Assembly: GCA_963767925.1 (NCBI GenBank)
Contig: CAVYGB010000002.1
Span: forward strand, 928,001 to 992,000
Length of the DNA stretch: 64,000 bases
DNA from: an uncultured delta proteobacterium
GTDB taxonomy: Bacteria; Myxococcota_A; Polyangia; Fen-1088
Direction: 5' to 3'
Shown here: positions 44,678-55,386 of the stretch, one piece after another
Layout: each line of letters opens with the position of its first letter
How positions within the stretch are numbered: the stretch's first letter is position 1
Position numbers and translations under genes: made by a program
Notes under the pieces: model-generated
Seen by the model: the letters and a program-made list of their open reading frames with translations, nothing else
The model's database searches: none
What the model was told of the DNA's origin: nothing

Positions 44678-45415
44678 ATGGACGCGACCGTCGAGTGGGT
44701 GAAGGCTGTCTGCGCCATCGTCGGGCTCGCCGCGCTGCCGGCGCTCGCCTGGTTCCTGGCGCGATCGCTCGAGCGGACCAAGAACGACCTGTCGAGGACG
44801 ATGCAGGACAACCTCGATCGCGATCGGCGCGAGGCGGGGCAGGAGCTGCAGCTCCTCAAGACCTGGATGGGGGAAGAGCTGCAGCGGCGCCTCGACGCCG
44901 ATCGGGCGACCGCCGCCCGCGACCTCGAGAAGATGAAGGGTGAGCTGGCCCGGGTGGGGCGGCTGGCCAGCGGTGAGAAGCGGGCGGCGGTGGCCTCCGA
45001 GACGCTGATGACGATCCTCGAGCTGCTCGACGCCCTCCGCAAGACCGAGATGGAATACCCCAAGCCCGACGAGCGCGAGCGCGCCAGCCGGGCCGAGTTC
45101 CGCAACGAGGTCCGCCGCCGCTGGGAGGAGGTCTCCAGCTACGAGCCGGCGTTGCGGCGGGTCTCGGCGCAGGCCTGCGTTCACCTGCCCGAGACGGCCG
45201 AGGATCTCATCCGCAAGGTGGCCCGCCTCAAGATGCGGATGAACATCCGGGTCCAGCGCTGGCTCCGCTCGCCCGACGCCAGCCTCGAGGCGCTGCCCGC
45301 CGACAGCGCCGGGATGTTGCTGGACGTCCCCTGGCCGCGCCTGGGCGAGGAGATCCGCCCGCTCGAGGACGAGGCGCGCGACCTGCTGCGGCCCCTGGCT
45401 CGCGCCGAGAGCTGA
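44678..45415 (+). CDS. Hypothetical protein with an N-terminal TM and a helical/coiled-coil body
   Basis: Intact ORF with G/C-rich third positions; no recognised motif. Confidence 0.65.
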   Translation: MDATVEWVKAVCAIVGLAALPALAWFLARSLERTKNDLSRTMQDNLDRDRREAGQELQLLKTWMGEELQRRLDADRATAARDLEKMKGELARVGRLASGEKRAAVASETLMTILELLDALRKTEMEYPKPDERERASRAEFRNEVRRRWEEVSSYEPALRRVSAQACVHLPETAEDLIRKVARLKMRMNIRVQRWLRSPDASLEALPADSAGMLLDVPWPRLGEEIRPLEDEARDLLRPLARAES

Positions 45416-45688
45416 GTCGCACGTCCCGGTGGCCCGGCCGCCGCTCGGCCAGGTAGGCGGGCTGCGGGCGACGGGTTGCTCGGTGGCCGCGCCCGGCTGA
45501 CAACCAACCGCGCTGGATCTCGCGATCCCCGCCCCGGGTTCTGGGCGGCGCCGCGTTCCTGGCGAACGAGCGCTCGACGGATCGCGCGGGGGCCCTGGCT
45601 ATCCTGACGCCTTGCAGGACCGGTCGAGGCGAACGAAAATGCACGGGGTCGCCCAACGCTGGAAGGTGGGCGGGATGGAGCAGAGGTG

Positions 45689-47065
45689 ATGTCGAACAGC
45701 TCCGAGAGAGGGCCCGCCGTCGAAGGCGTGCTGTCCGAGGCGAAATGGCTGCGCGGGCTGGCCAGGTACCTGGTCCGCGACCCGGCGGAGGCGGAGGACA
45801 TGGTCCAGGAGACCTGGGTGGCGACCCTGCGCGCCTCGCCCGAGCCGCGCTCCTCGATGCGCCCCTGGCTGGCGCAGGTCCTGCGCAACGTCTGCCGGCG
45901 GGGGGTGCGGGGGGCGGCCCGGCGCAGCTCGCGCGAGGCCGGGCTGGCCCAGCTCCAGGAAGGTGAGGTGGCGCCATCGACCGAGAGCATGCTGGCGCGC
46001 CTGGAGCTCGCGCGGGTCGTGTCGGAGACCGTGCGGAGCCTGGAGGAGCCGTACCGGACCACCCTCCTGCTGCGCTTCTTCGAGGACCGCCAGCCCGCGG
46101 AGATCGCGCGGGCCCAGGGCATCCCGGGGGGCACCGTGCGCTGGCGGCTGAGCGAAGGGCTGCGGCGGGTGCGCGCGCGGCTCGACGAGGCCCACGGGGG
46201 GAACCGGGAGACCTGGCGAGCGATCCTGCTGCTCCCCCTCCCGGCGCCGGCGGCGGCGCCCGTTCCACCGGGCGCCGCCCGGGCCAGCACCTCGTTCAGC
46301 GCCCGCACCGTCACCTGGATGGCGAGCGCCGCCCTGGTCCCGGCGCTCGTCGCGGGCCTGCTGCTCGGCCGGTCCAGCGAACCAGCCAGCGTCGCCCGCA
46401 CCGCCCCGCCCCCCGAACCCCCGAACCAACCCGAGGAGACGACCCGGATGACCAGCAACCAGAACCGGATGACCACCCTGTTTGGCCTCGTGCTGCCCGC
46501 GCTCGTCGCCAGCGGCGACGCGGCGGCCGCGCCCGACCGCTCCGCCAGCGCCACCGCGGCGCCCCCGCTCTGCGTGCCCGCGAACAACCCGGCCGGCTGC
46601 ATCGAGCTCATCCCCCGCGGCCAGCTCCCGGCGCCGGTGGAAGCGGCGCTGGCCCGCGCGATCGGCGGGCGCAAGGTGGACAAGCTGAAGATCGAGCCCC
46701 GCCTGCGCAAGGGACACGCCACCTACACCGTGAAGTTCGAGGTCAACGACCTCGACGAGGAGATCGCCTTCGGCGCCGAGGGCACCTTCATCGAGAGCGA
46801 GATCGACGTACCGCTCGCCGACCTGCCCCCGCTGATCACCCGGGCGCTGACCGCCGCCCTCCCCGGCGCGGTGGTGTCAAAAGCGGAGCTGCACAACGAG
46901 GCCGCGGTCAGCTTCCACGAGCTGGACAACGGCGTCCCCCGGGGCCCCCTGCGCCACCGCCCCGCCAGCCGCTTCTACGAGCTCGAGACCCACGGCCCCG
47001 ACGGCAAGCACAAGGTCAAGATCAGCGAAGACGGCAAGCTGCTGCAGAAGAAGCTGTCGCAATAG
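45689..47065 (+). CDS. ECF sigma factor with hydrophobic segments and a C-terminal PepSY-like extension
   Basis: AEDMVQETW, WLAQVLRN, EIAR..GIPGGTVRWRL; tail with DLPP.I..A...PGA...KAE...YELE...ISEDGKLL. Confidence 0.82.
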   Translation: MSNSSERGPAVEGVLSEAKWLRGLARYLVRDPAEAEDMVQETWVATLRASPEPRSSMRPWLAQVLRNVCRRGVRGAARRSSREAGLAQLQEGEVAPSTESMLARLELARVVSETVRSLEEPYRTTLLLRFFEDRQPAEIARAQGIPGGTVRWRLSEGLRRVRARLDEAHGGNRETWRAILLLPLPAPAAAPVPPGAARASTSFSARTVTWMASAALVPALVAGLLLGRSSEPASVARTAPPPEPPNQPEETTRMTSNQNRMTTLFGLVLPALVASGDAAAAPDRSASATAAPPLCVPANNPAGCIELIPRGQLPAPVEAALARAIGGRKVDKLKIEPRLRKGHATYTVKFEVNDLDEEIAFGAEGTFIESEIDVPLADLPPLITRALTAALPGAVVSKAELHNEAAVSFHELDNGVPRGPLRHRPASRFYELETHGPDGKHKVKISEDGKLLQKKLSQ

Positions 47066-47186
47066 GAAACCGGCTCGTGGCCGGGCCAGCTACGACCTGG
47101 GCGGGTGCTTCGGCAGCGTGCTCCCCTCAGTCCGGAGGTAACATTCGTACAAGCCGGGGGGCGGCCCGGTCGTTACCCTTGTCGGT

Positions 47187-47588
47187 ATGAGAGAAGCGAT
47201 CTTCGTCGCGCCGGGCGGGGGGCGGGCTTATCCGATGGGGCGCATCGCGAGCGCGTTTCTCGCGGATGGCGCCGAGACGGAGGGGAAATATTCCATCTCC
47301 GAGTGGTGGCTCGAGGCGAACACCAAGGGGCCCGGCGCGCACCACCACGAGGAGGACGACGTCTTCTTCGTCCTCGAGGGGACCATCACCTTCCTGCTGG
47401 GAGACCGCTGGATCGACGCGCCCCGCGGGTCGTTCGTGCTGGCCCCCGGCGGCCTGACCCACGACTTCGAGAACCGCTCCGGCGCCCGGGCCGGCGTCCT
47501 GAACTTCTCGGTCCCCGGGAACTTCGAGGCCAACATGCCCGGCATCGCAGAGTGGTTCGCCCGGAACCCACCCGCCGACGCCCGCTGA
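47187..47588 (+). CDS. Cupin-2 domain protein
   Basis: GPGAHHH..DDVFFVLEG...PGGLTHDFEN. Confidence 0.85.
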   Translation: MREAIFVAPGGGRAYPMGRIASAFLADGAETEGKYSISEWWLEANTKGPGAHHHEEDDVFFVLEGTITFLLGDRWIDAPRGSFVLAPGGLTHDFENRSGARAGVLNFSVPGNFEANMPGIAEWFARNPPADAR

Positions 47589-47734
47589 CCACCCGGCCGG
47601 GGCCCTGGCGCGGCCCGCGGGGCTCCGACGCACCCCGGGCCGAGCGCCGTCGGGTAAACTGGAGGCATGTGCGCTTCAGCCGGGCGGATCACGGGCGGCG
47701 GGGATACCTCGGCACGGCCCGGGAGGCCCCGGCG

Positions 47735-48241
47735 GTGACGGCGGGAAAGGTTCGAACCGCCTACGACCTGCTGGGGGTTGCGCCGACCGCGAGCGCGGAG
47801 CAGATCCGCGCGGCCTACCTGGAGCTGATCGCCCGGTACCATCCGGACCGCCACGCGGGGCACCCGCTGGCGGGGCTGGCGGCGGAGCGGGCGACCGAGC
47901 TCAACGAGGCCTACCGCGTCCTCTCCGACGTCGGGAGGCGGGCCGTCCACGACGAGGACATCCGGCTGGCGGCGACGAAGGCCTCGGCGCGGGCGCGGGT
48001 GGCGCGCGAGGCGCGGGCGCTGGTCATCCTGCTGCGGGTGCTGGCGATCGGGGTGGCGTTCGTGCTCGTGCTGCGCCTGTCGCCGCTGCTGTGGCGGGCC
48101 CTCGGGGGCCTGGCGCGCGCCGTCCAGCAGGCCCTTGCCGGGGCGAGCGGCACCCCCCTGACGCTGCTGTTTCCGCTGGCGGTCGTCACCGGCATCGTCG
48201 TCTCGGTGCTCCGGAAGCGCCGCGGGCGGACGAAGAAGTAG
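47735..48241 (+). CDS. J-domain membrane protein
   Basis: YDLLGV, YHPDR, LNEAYRVLSD; C-terminal TM segments. Confidence 0.85.
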   Translation: MTAGKVRTAYDLLGVAPTASAEQIRAAYLELIARYHPDRHAGHPLAGLAAERATELNEAYRVLSDVGRRAVHDEDIRLAATKASARARVAREARALVILLRVLAIGVAFVLVLRLSPLLWRALGGLARAVQQALAGASGTPLTLLFPLAVVTGIVVSVLRKRRGRTKK

Positions 48242-48360
48242 CCCGCGGGAAGCGGACAGCGGCCCGTCCTGGAACGGTGCGCACCGGGCGCCGCCAGAAC
48301 CAGGGCGGCCACTGTCGAACCGGCGTCCGTCGATGGCTATCTTGAGGGCTGGAGGCAATC

Positions 48361-48741
48361 ATGGCGACCTTGCAGGTGACCGAGGCCAACTTCGACGCGA
48401 CCGTCAAGAAGGGGATCGTGCTGCTCGACTTCTGGGCGGCGTGGTGCGGGCCCTGTCGGGTGTTCGGGCCGATCTTCGAGGCGGCGGCCGAGCGCCACCC
48501 CGACGTCGTGTTCGGCAAGGTCGACACCGAGGCCCAGGGCGCGCTCGCCGCGGCCTTCGAGGTCCGGGCCATCCCGACCCTGGCGGTGCTGCGCGACGGA
48601 GTCCTGCTCGGCGCGCAGCCCGGCGTGATGGCGGCCGAGGCCCTCGACGATCTCATCGAGAAGGTCCGGGCCATCGACATGCAGGAGGTCCAGCGGCAGC
48701 TCTCCGAGCCCGCGACCGCGGCCCCCGCCGAAGGCGAATGA
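48361..48741 (+). CDS. trxA: Thioredoxin
   Basis: DFWAAWCGPC and IPT; SD GGAGG. Confidence 0.92.
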   Translation: MATLQVTEANFDATVKKGIVLLDFWAAWCGPCRVFGPIFEAAAERHPDVVFGKVDTEAQGALAAAFEVRAIPTLAVLRDGVLLGAQPGVMAAEALDDLIEKVRAIDMQEVQRQLSEPATAAPAEGE

Positions 48742-48859
48742 GCCAGCCGCGGCCGGCCCGCCCAGGCGGGCCCGGCCCGGGCTGATCCTGGCGCACCCCA
48801 CCAGGGTGGGCGTTTTCGGGATGGGTTGGGGCCGTCATGGCGGCTATCCTCCCGGCCCC

Positions 48860-49240
48860 ATGTCCGTGCTGCCTGCCGTCAACCCGAAGAAGAAGTCGCT
48901 CATGCCCTCGGGCGATCTGCGCCGCCGCCTGCGCGGCCTCGTCCACGGCCTCGCTCCGATCGTTCACATCGGCAAGGAAGGGGTGACCCCCGCCCTGGTT
49001 CGCCAGCTCACGCAGGCGCTGTCCGACCACGAGCTGGTGAAGACGAAGATCGGCTCGGAGTGCCCCGAGGACCGCTTCGAAGTGGCCGAGCGCCTCGCCG
49101 CCGAGCCCGGGGTCCGGGTCGTGCAGATCCTCGGCCGCACGGTGGCCGTCTACAAGCGCCACCCCCAGAAGCCCCGCTACGAAGGCAGCAGGGCCACCCC
49201 CCGGCCCGCGCGCCCTGCACGTCGCTCGCGCCGCAAGTAG
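48860..49240 (+). CDS. yhbY: YhbY/CRM RNA-binding protein
   Basis: LRG..H.L.P.VHIGKEG...HELVK...QILGRT...Y. Confidence 0.9.
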   Translation: MSVLPAVNPKKKSLMPSGDLRRRLRGLVHGLAPIVHIGKEGVTPALVRQLTQALSDHELVKTKIGSECPEDRFEVAERLAAEPGVRVVQILGRTVAVYKRHPQKPRYEGSRATPRPARPARRSRRK

Positions 49241-49333
49241 GTCTTCACTCGGGGCGCCTCCTCTCCCGGCGCCCTCGCGCCTGATCGGGGAGAAAGCGGT
49301 TGGCTTCGCGACCGTGTTCCGTATCTTGGGGCG

Positions 49334-52224
49334 GTGCCGCTGGTGGCCCTCCTCGTCGTCCCCATGATCGCCGCCCTGGTGGCGGGGCTGCTCCCGACGG
49401 CGGCCCGCAACCGGGCGGCGGCGCTGGCCGGCCTGACGGCGGTGGCGGGGCTGATCGGGGTGGCCCTCCGTTTCCCGGGGGCCGGTGGCGGGCGGCTGGT
49501 GATCGATCGCTTCGCCTGGGTGCCGGCGCTGGGGCTGGACCTCGTGCTCCGGCTGGACGGGCTGTCCTGGGTGTTCTGCGTGCTCGTCCTCGGCATCGGA
49601 GCGCTGGTCATCCTGTACGCCCGCTATTACCTGTCGCCCGCCGATCCGGTGCCGAGGTTCTACGCCTTCCTCCTGGCCTTCCTGGCCTCGATGCTGGGCG
49701 TGGTCCTGTCCGGGAACGTCCTGCAGCTCGCCTTCTTCTGGGAGCTGACCTCCCTGTTGTCGTTCCTGCTCATCGGGTACTGGAACCAGCGGCGGGACGC
49801 CCAGCGCGGGGCCCGAACGGCCCTGCTGGTGACCGGGCTGGGGGGGCTGTGCCTGCTGGCCGGCCTGCTGGTGCTCGGGCGGATCGCGGGCAGCTACGAC
49901 CTGGCGGTCATCCTCACGCGCGCGGGCGCGGTGAAGGCCCACGCCCTCTACCCGGTGGCGCTGGTCCTGATCCTGATGGGCGCCTTCACCAAGAGCGCCC
50001 AGTTCCCCTTCCAGTTCTGGCTGCCCCGGGCGATGGCCGCCCCCACCCCCGTCTCGGCCTACCTGCATTCGGCCACCATGGTGAAGCTGGGCGTGTTCCT
50101 GCTGGCCCGGCTCTGGCCGGTGCTCGCGGGGACCCAGCTCTGGTTCTGGCTGGTCGGATCGGTCGGGCTGGTCACCTTGCTGGTGGGCGCCTGGGCGGCC
50201 CTGTTCCAGCGCGACCTGAAGGGGCTGCTCGCCTACTCCACCATCTCGCACCTCGGCCTGATCGTGTTGCTGCTCGGCCTGAACAGCCCCCTGGCCGCCG
50301 TGGCGGCGCTGTTTCACACCATGAACCACGCCATGTTCAAGGCCTCGCTCTTCATGGCCGCCGGCATCATCGACCACGAGACCGGGACCCGCGACATCCG
50401 CCGGCTCTCGGGGCTGTTCCGGCTGATGCCGATCACCGGGACCCTGGCCCTGGTGGCGACCGCCGCCATGGCGGGGGTCCCCCTGCTCAACGGCTTCCTG
50501 TCGAAGGAGATGTTCTTCGCCGAGACCGTCCTGGTCGACGCCGTCCCCGCCGTCCAGTGGGTGCTGCCCATCGCCGCCACCGCCGCCGGCATGGGCAGCG
50601 TCGCCTATTCGCTGCGCTTCGCGCGCGACGTCTTCTTCGGCCCGGAGGCCGACCGCGACACCCCCCGCGTCCCCGAGGAGCCCCCCAAGTGGATGCGGGT
50701 ACCGGTCGAGGTGCTGGTCCTGGTCTGCCTCGTGGTGGGCATCGCGCCCGCCGCCTCGATCGGCCCCCTGCTCGAGGCCGCCGCCCGGTCCGTCGTCGGC
50801 GGCGAGGTGCCGGCCTACAGCCTGAAGCTGTGGCACGGCTTCACCCCCGCCCTCCTGATGAGCGCCCTGGCGCTCGCCGGCGGCACCCTGGTGTACCGGC
50901 TGGTCCGCCGGCTCGAGGCGGTTCGCCCCGAGCTGATCCGCACCCTGGGCCGCCACCTCGACGGGGCCCGGTTCTTCACCACCTCGCTGGCCTGGCTGAC
51001 CGGCGCCAGCCGCTGGATCCGGCGGCGGCTGCTCACCGCCGGGCTGCAGCGACAGTTCCTCGCGCTGGTTGTCGTCACCCTGGTGGTGGGGGTGCCGATG
51101 TTGTGGGGCGACGTCGGCAAGGGCGAGCGGCCCCTGGTGCCGCTGTCGCCGATCTTCGTCGCCCTCTGGGCGGTCGGGGGCGTCGCCGCCCTGGGAGCAG
51201 CCTGGCAGGCCAAGTTTCACCGGCTCGCCGCCGTCATGCTCGCCGGCGCGGCCGGCGCGGTCTGCTGCGTGACCTTCATCTGGTTCTCGGCGCCCGACCT
51301 GGCGCTCACCCAGATCATCGTCGAGGGGTGACGACGCTGCTGATCCTGCTGGGCCTGCGCTGGCTCCCGCCGCGCGAGCCGCGGCGGGGGGTGTACGACG
51401 CCCGCACCCTGCGGGTGGCCCGCTGGCGCCGGGCCCGGGACCTGGCCATCGCGCTGAGCGCGGGGGGCGGGATGGCCATCCTGGCCTACGCCGTGATGAC
51501 GAGAGACTTCCCCGAGCGCACCTCGTTTTACCTGGAGAACGCCCTCACCGGCGGCGGCGGGCGGAACGTGGTCAACGTGATGCTGGTGGACTTCCGGGGC
51601 TTCGACACCTTCGGCGAGGGGGTCGTGCTCGCGCTGGTCGCCCTCACGGTCTACGCCCTGCTCCGGCGCTTCCGGCCGGCCAGCGAGATGCTGGCCGTGA
51701 CGCCCCAGCAGCAGGCCCTCCCCCGCGATCTCCAGACCGACCTGGTGAATCCGCGCCGGGTGCGGGACACCGCCGTGGGGTACCTCATGGTCCCGGCCGT
51801 CCTGGTGCGGTTGCTGCTGCCGGTGGCGGGCATGGTGTCCGCCTTCTTCTTCCTGCGGGGCCACAACGACCCGGGCGGCGGCTTCGTGGCCGGGCTGGTC
51901 CTGTCGGTGGGGTTCCTGCTCCAGTACGTCGTGTCGGGCACCGCGTGGGTCGAGCAGCGGGTGCGCCTGGCCCCGCCCCGGCTGATCGCCCTCGGGCTGC
52001 TGCTCGTGCTGGGGACGGCCGCCGCCCCGCTGCTGGTCGGGCTGCCGCTGCTGACCGCGCGCACGCTCCCCCTGCACCTGCCGGTGATCGGCGAGGTCCA
52101 CCTGGGCAGCGTCCTCTTCTTCGACCTGGGGGTCTTCAGCATCGTGATCGGCTCCACCCTGCTCATCCTGGTCGCCCTGGCCCACCAGTCGATCCGGGCC
52201 CACCGCGCCCCGGCGGGAGACTGA
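49334..52224 (+). CDS. phaA: Multisubunit cation/H+ antiporter subunit A-B fusion, frameshift at ~51327
   Basis: FWELTS, KSAQFPF, APTPVSAYLHSATMVK, APDLALTQ; then VDFRGFDT and GHNDPGGGF in the shifted frame. Confidence 0.9.
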
Positions 52225-52562
52225 TGGAGGTCGTGCTCGCGGTCGCGATCGGCCTGCTGACCGGCTCCGGGGTCTGGCTGCTGCTGCGGCCGCGCACCTT
52301 CCAGGTCATCGTCGGGCTCTCGCTGGTCTCCTATGCGGTCAACCTGTTCATCTTCAGCATGGGCGGGCTCGCCATCGACAAGGAGCCCATCCTCGTCGAC
52401 GGGGTGGCGGCCGATCTTCGCAACTACACCGACCCCGTGCCCCAGTCCCTCGTCCTGACCGCCATCGTGATCGGCTTCGCGATGACCGCCCTCCTCCTCG
52501 TCGTCATCCTGGCCTCACGCGGGATGACCGGGACCGACCACGTCGACGGGACCGAGCCATGA
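52224..52562 (+). CDS. phaC: Antiporter subunit C
   Basis: DPVPQSLVLTAIVIGFA. Confidence 0.92.
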   Translation: MEVVLAVAIGLLTGSGVWLLLRPRTFQVIVGLSLVSYAVNLFIFSMGGLAIDKEPILVDGVAADLRNYTDPVPQSLVLTAIVIGFAMTALLLVVILASRGMTGTDHVDGTEP

Positions 52563-54197
52563 ACGCGCTCCTGCGGGGCCTGCCGGATCTGATCGTCGCC
52601 CCGGTGCTGCTGCCGATGGCGACCGCGGCGACCATGATCCTCCTCGGCGAGCGCCGGCGCCGGGCCCGGCTGGTCCTGGGCATCGGGTCGGGCGCGCTGG
52701 GCCTCCTCGTCGCGCTCGTCCTGTACGCCCGGGTGGAGGCCCAGGGCGTCCTGGCTTACCTGCCCGGGAACTGGCCCGCCCCGTTCGGCATCTCCCTGGC
52801 GGTGGACCGCCTCTCGGCCACCATGCTGGTGCTGACCTGGACCCTGGGGAGCTGCGCGGTCACCTTCGCCGCCGCCCGCTGGGATCGGGCCGGGATCTCA
52901 CTTTCACCCCTTGCTGCAGCTCCTGCTCATGGGCCTGTCGGGCGCCTTCATCACCGCCGACGTGTTCAACCTGTTCGTGTTCTTCGAGATCCTGCTGGCC
53001 GCCTCGTACGGGCTGCTGCTGCACGGCTCGGGCGAGCCGCGGGTCCGGGCCAGCGTGCGCTACGTGGCGATGAACCTGGGGGCCTCCTCGCTCTTCCTGA
53101 TCGGGGCCTCGATCATCTACGGCGTCACCGGGACCCTCAACATGGCCGAGCTGGCCGCCCGGCTGAGCGACGCCTCGTTGGCCAACCGCCACCTGATCGA
53201 CGCGGGCGCCGCCATCCTGGCGGTGGCCTTCCTGATCAAGGCGGCGGCCTGGCCCCTCAACTTCTGGCTGGCCCCGGCCTACGCGGCGGCGACCCCGCCG
53301 GTGGCCGCCCTCTTCGTCCTGCTCACCAAGGTCGGGATCTATGCCCTGGTCCGGCTCTGGACGCTGATGTTCGCTGGCGGACCGCTGGCCGGCTTCGGGG
53401 CGGACGGCCTGCTCGTGTTCGGGGTTGTCACCGCGGCGCTGGCCGCGCTGGGGATGCTCGCCAGCAACGGCCTGGCGGTCCAGGCCGCCTGGGGCGTCGT
53501 GGTCTCGGCCGGCACCCTCCTCGCCGCGCTGGGGGTCGGCCGCGAGGAGGTGCTCGGCAGCGCCCTGTTTTACCTGGTGGGATCGACGCTGGCGTCGAGC
53601 GCGTTTTTCCTGCTGATCGATCTCATCGAGCGCTGGCGGGCCGGCGCGACCATCGTCGACGACGCCCCCTACCTGAGCGCCACCCTGCACTACGAGGAGG
53701 TCAACCTCGACGACGAGGAGGAGCCGCTGGTGGCCCTGCCCTTCCCGGCCTCCACCGCCCTGATGGGCCTGGCCTTCGTGGCCTGCACCCTGATGATCGC
53801 CGGGCTGCCGCCCCTGCCGACCTTCGTGGCCAAGCTGGGCATGCTCTCGGCGGCCCTGGGGGTGTCCGGGACGGAGGGCGGCGTCGCGGGACAGACCTGG
53901 GTGTTCGTGGGCGCCCTGCTGCTCACGGCCTTCCTCACCCTCGCGGCCCTCACCCGGACCGGCATCCGCACCTTCTGGACGCAGATGCAGCGGGAGGCGC
54001 CCCGGGTGCGGGTGGCCGAAGGCCTGCCGGTTGTCACCCTGCTGGCCCTCTGTGGCGCCCTCACGCTGGGAGCGGGCCCGGCGATGGACCGGGCCCGCGC
54101 GACCGCCCGATCGCTCTACGACCGGCAAGGGTACATCGACGCCGTCCTCGGGGCCCGGGTGCGCCCGCCGGCGGCCGCCCGGGAGGTGGGCCCATGA
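52559..54197 (+). CDS. phaD: Antiporter subunit D, frameshift at ~52898
   Basis: GNWPAPFGI.L.VDRLS; DVFNLFVFFEI, WLAPAY, TKVG, GLPPL. Confidence 0.88.
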
Positions 54198-54685
54198 GGC
54201 GCCTGCTCCTGCCTTCCCCGGTGCTCTCGCTCGCCCTGTTCGTGCTGTGGATCCTGCTGACCCAGTCGGTGAGCGCGGGGACGCTGATCCTGGGGGCGGC
54301 TCTGGCCCTGTTCTGGCCTGCGGCCACGCAGCGCTTGCGGCCCACCCCGGTGCGGCTGCGCCGGCCGCTGGTGCTGGCTCGCCTCGTCGGCCGGGTGATC
54401 GTCGAGATGGTCCGCTCGAACGCCGAGGTGGCCTGGATCATCCTCACCCGGCGGCCGGCGCGCATCCCCTCCGGCTTCGTCCAGATCCCCCTCGAGCTGA
54501 AGGACCCCAGCGCGCTCGCCGCGCTGGCGATGATCGTGACCTTCACCCCCGGCACGGCCTGGGCCCAGCTCTCGGCCGACAGCCGGACCCTGCTCTTGCA
54601 CGTCCTCATCCTGCGCGACGAGGCCGAGACGATCGCCCTCATCAAGGCCCGCTACGAGCAGCCTCTCCGGGAGATCTTCCAATGA
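54194..54685 (+). CDS. phaE: Antiporter subunit E
   Basis: TFTPGT, RYEQPLREIF; operon position. Confidence 0.9.
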   Translation: MRRLLLPSPVLSLALFVLWILLTQSVSAGTLILGAALALFWPAATQRLRPTPVRLRRPLVLARLVGRVIVEMVRSNAEVAWIILTRRPARIPSGFVQIPLELKDPSALAALAMIVTFTPGTAWAQLSADSRTLLLHVLILRDEAETIALIKARYEQPLREIFQ

Positions 54686-54960
54686 GCGGCCTGCTCTCCT
54701 TCGCCCTGGCGTTTGCCCTGGGGTGCCTCGCCCTCTCCCTGATGTTCGCCCTGGCCCGGCTGTTCCTCGGCCCGCGGGCGGAGGACCGGGTGCTGGCCTT
54801 CGATTGCCTCTATCTGAATACGATGCTGCTGGTCCTGGCGCTGGGGCTCATCTATCAGAGCAGCTCCTGCTTCGAGGCGGCGCTCCTCATCGCGCTGTTC
54901 GGCTTCGTTAGCTCGAGCGCCATGGCCAAGTTCCTGTTGCGGGGGGAGATCATCGAATGA
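54682..54960 (+). CDS. phaF: Antiporter subunit F
   Basis: GPRAEDRVLAFD, AKFLLRGEIIE. Confidence 0.9.
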   Translation: MSGLLSFALAFALGCLALSLMFALARLFLGPRAEDRVLAFDCLYLNTMLLVLALGLIYQSSSCFEAALLIALFGFVSSSAMAKFLLRGEIIE

Positions 54961-55355
54961 ACGAGACGCCGATGTGGCTGCAGATGGTGATCGCGGCGCT
55001 CGTGATGTTCGGTGGGGCGCTGACCCTGATCGGGTCGTTCGGGCTGCTGCGCCTGGGGACCTTCTTCCAGCGCATCCACGCGCCCACCCTGGGCGCGACC
55101 CTCGGGGTCTGGAGCCTCACGCTCGCCACGGTGGTGCAGGTGTCGCACGCGCGGGGGCAGGTCTACCTGCACACCCTGCTGATCGCCGTCTTCATCGCCC
55201 TGACCGCGCCGGTGACGACCCTGTTCCTCATGCGGGCGGCGGTGTTTCGCGCGCGCGTGCGGGGCGACCGGGACGTGCCCGCCCCCCTCGGCGACCAGTT
55301 CGCCGGCGGCGGGATCGCAGACGGTGGCGCGGGACCGGGCGAGCAAGGAAATTGA
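54957..55355 (+). CDS. phaG: Antiporter subunit G
   Basis: GLLRL..FFQRIHAPT, LTAPV. Confidence 0.9.
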   Translation: MNETPMWLQMVIAALVMFGGALTLIGSFGLLRLGTFFQRIHAPTLGATLGVWSLTLATVVQVSHARGQVYLHTLLIAVFIALTAPVTTLFLMRAAVFRARVRGDRDVPAPLGDQFAGGGIADGGAGPGEQGN

Positions 55356-55386
55356 GCGAGCGTTGCCTTCCGTGTAAGCCTCGGAC

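Noticed and set aside
51320..51335. In-frame TGA in phaA as selenocysteine or programmed recoding
   Set aside because: Adding one G to the GGGG run restores VEGVTTLL; typical homopolymer error.
52890..52905. phaD-phaE fusion or phaD pseudogene
   Set aside because: One extra base in an otherwise complete operon; likely sequencing error.
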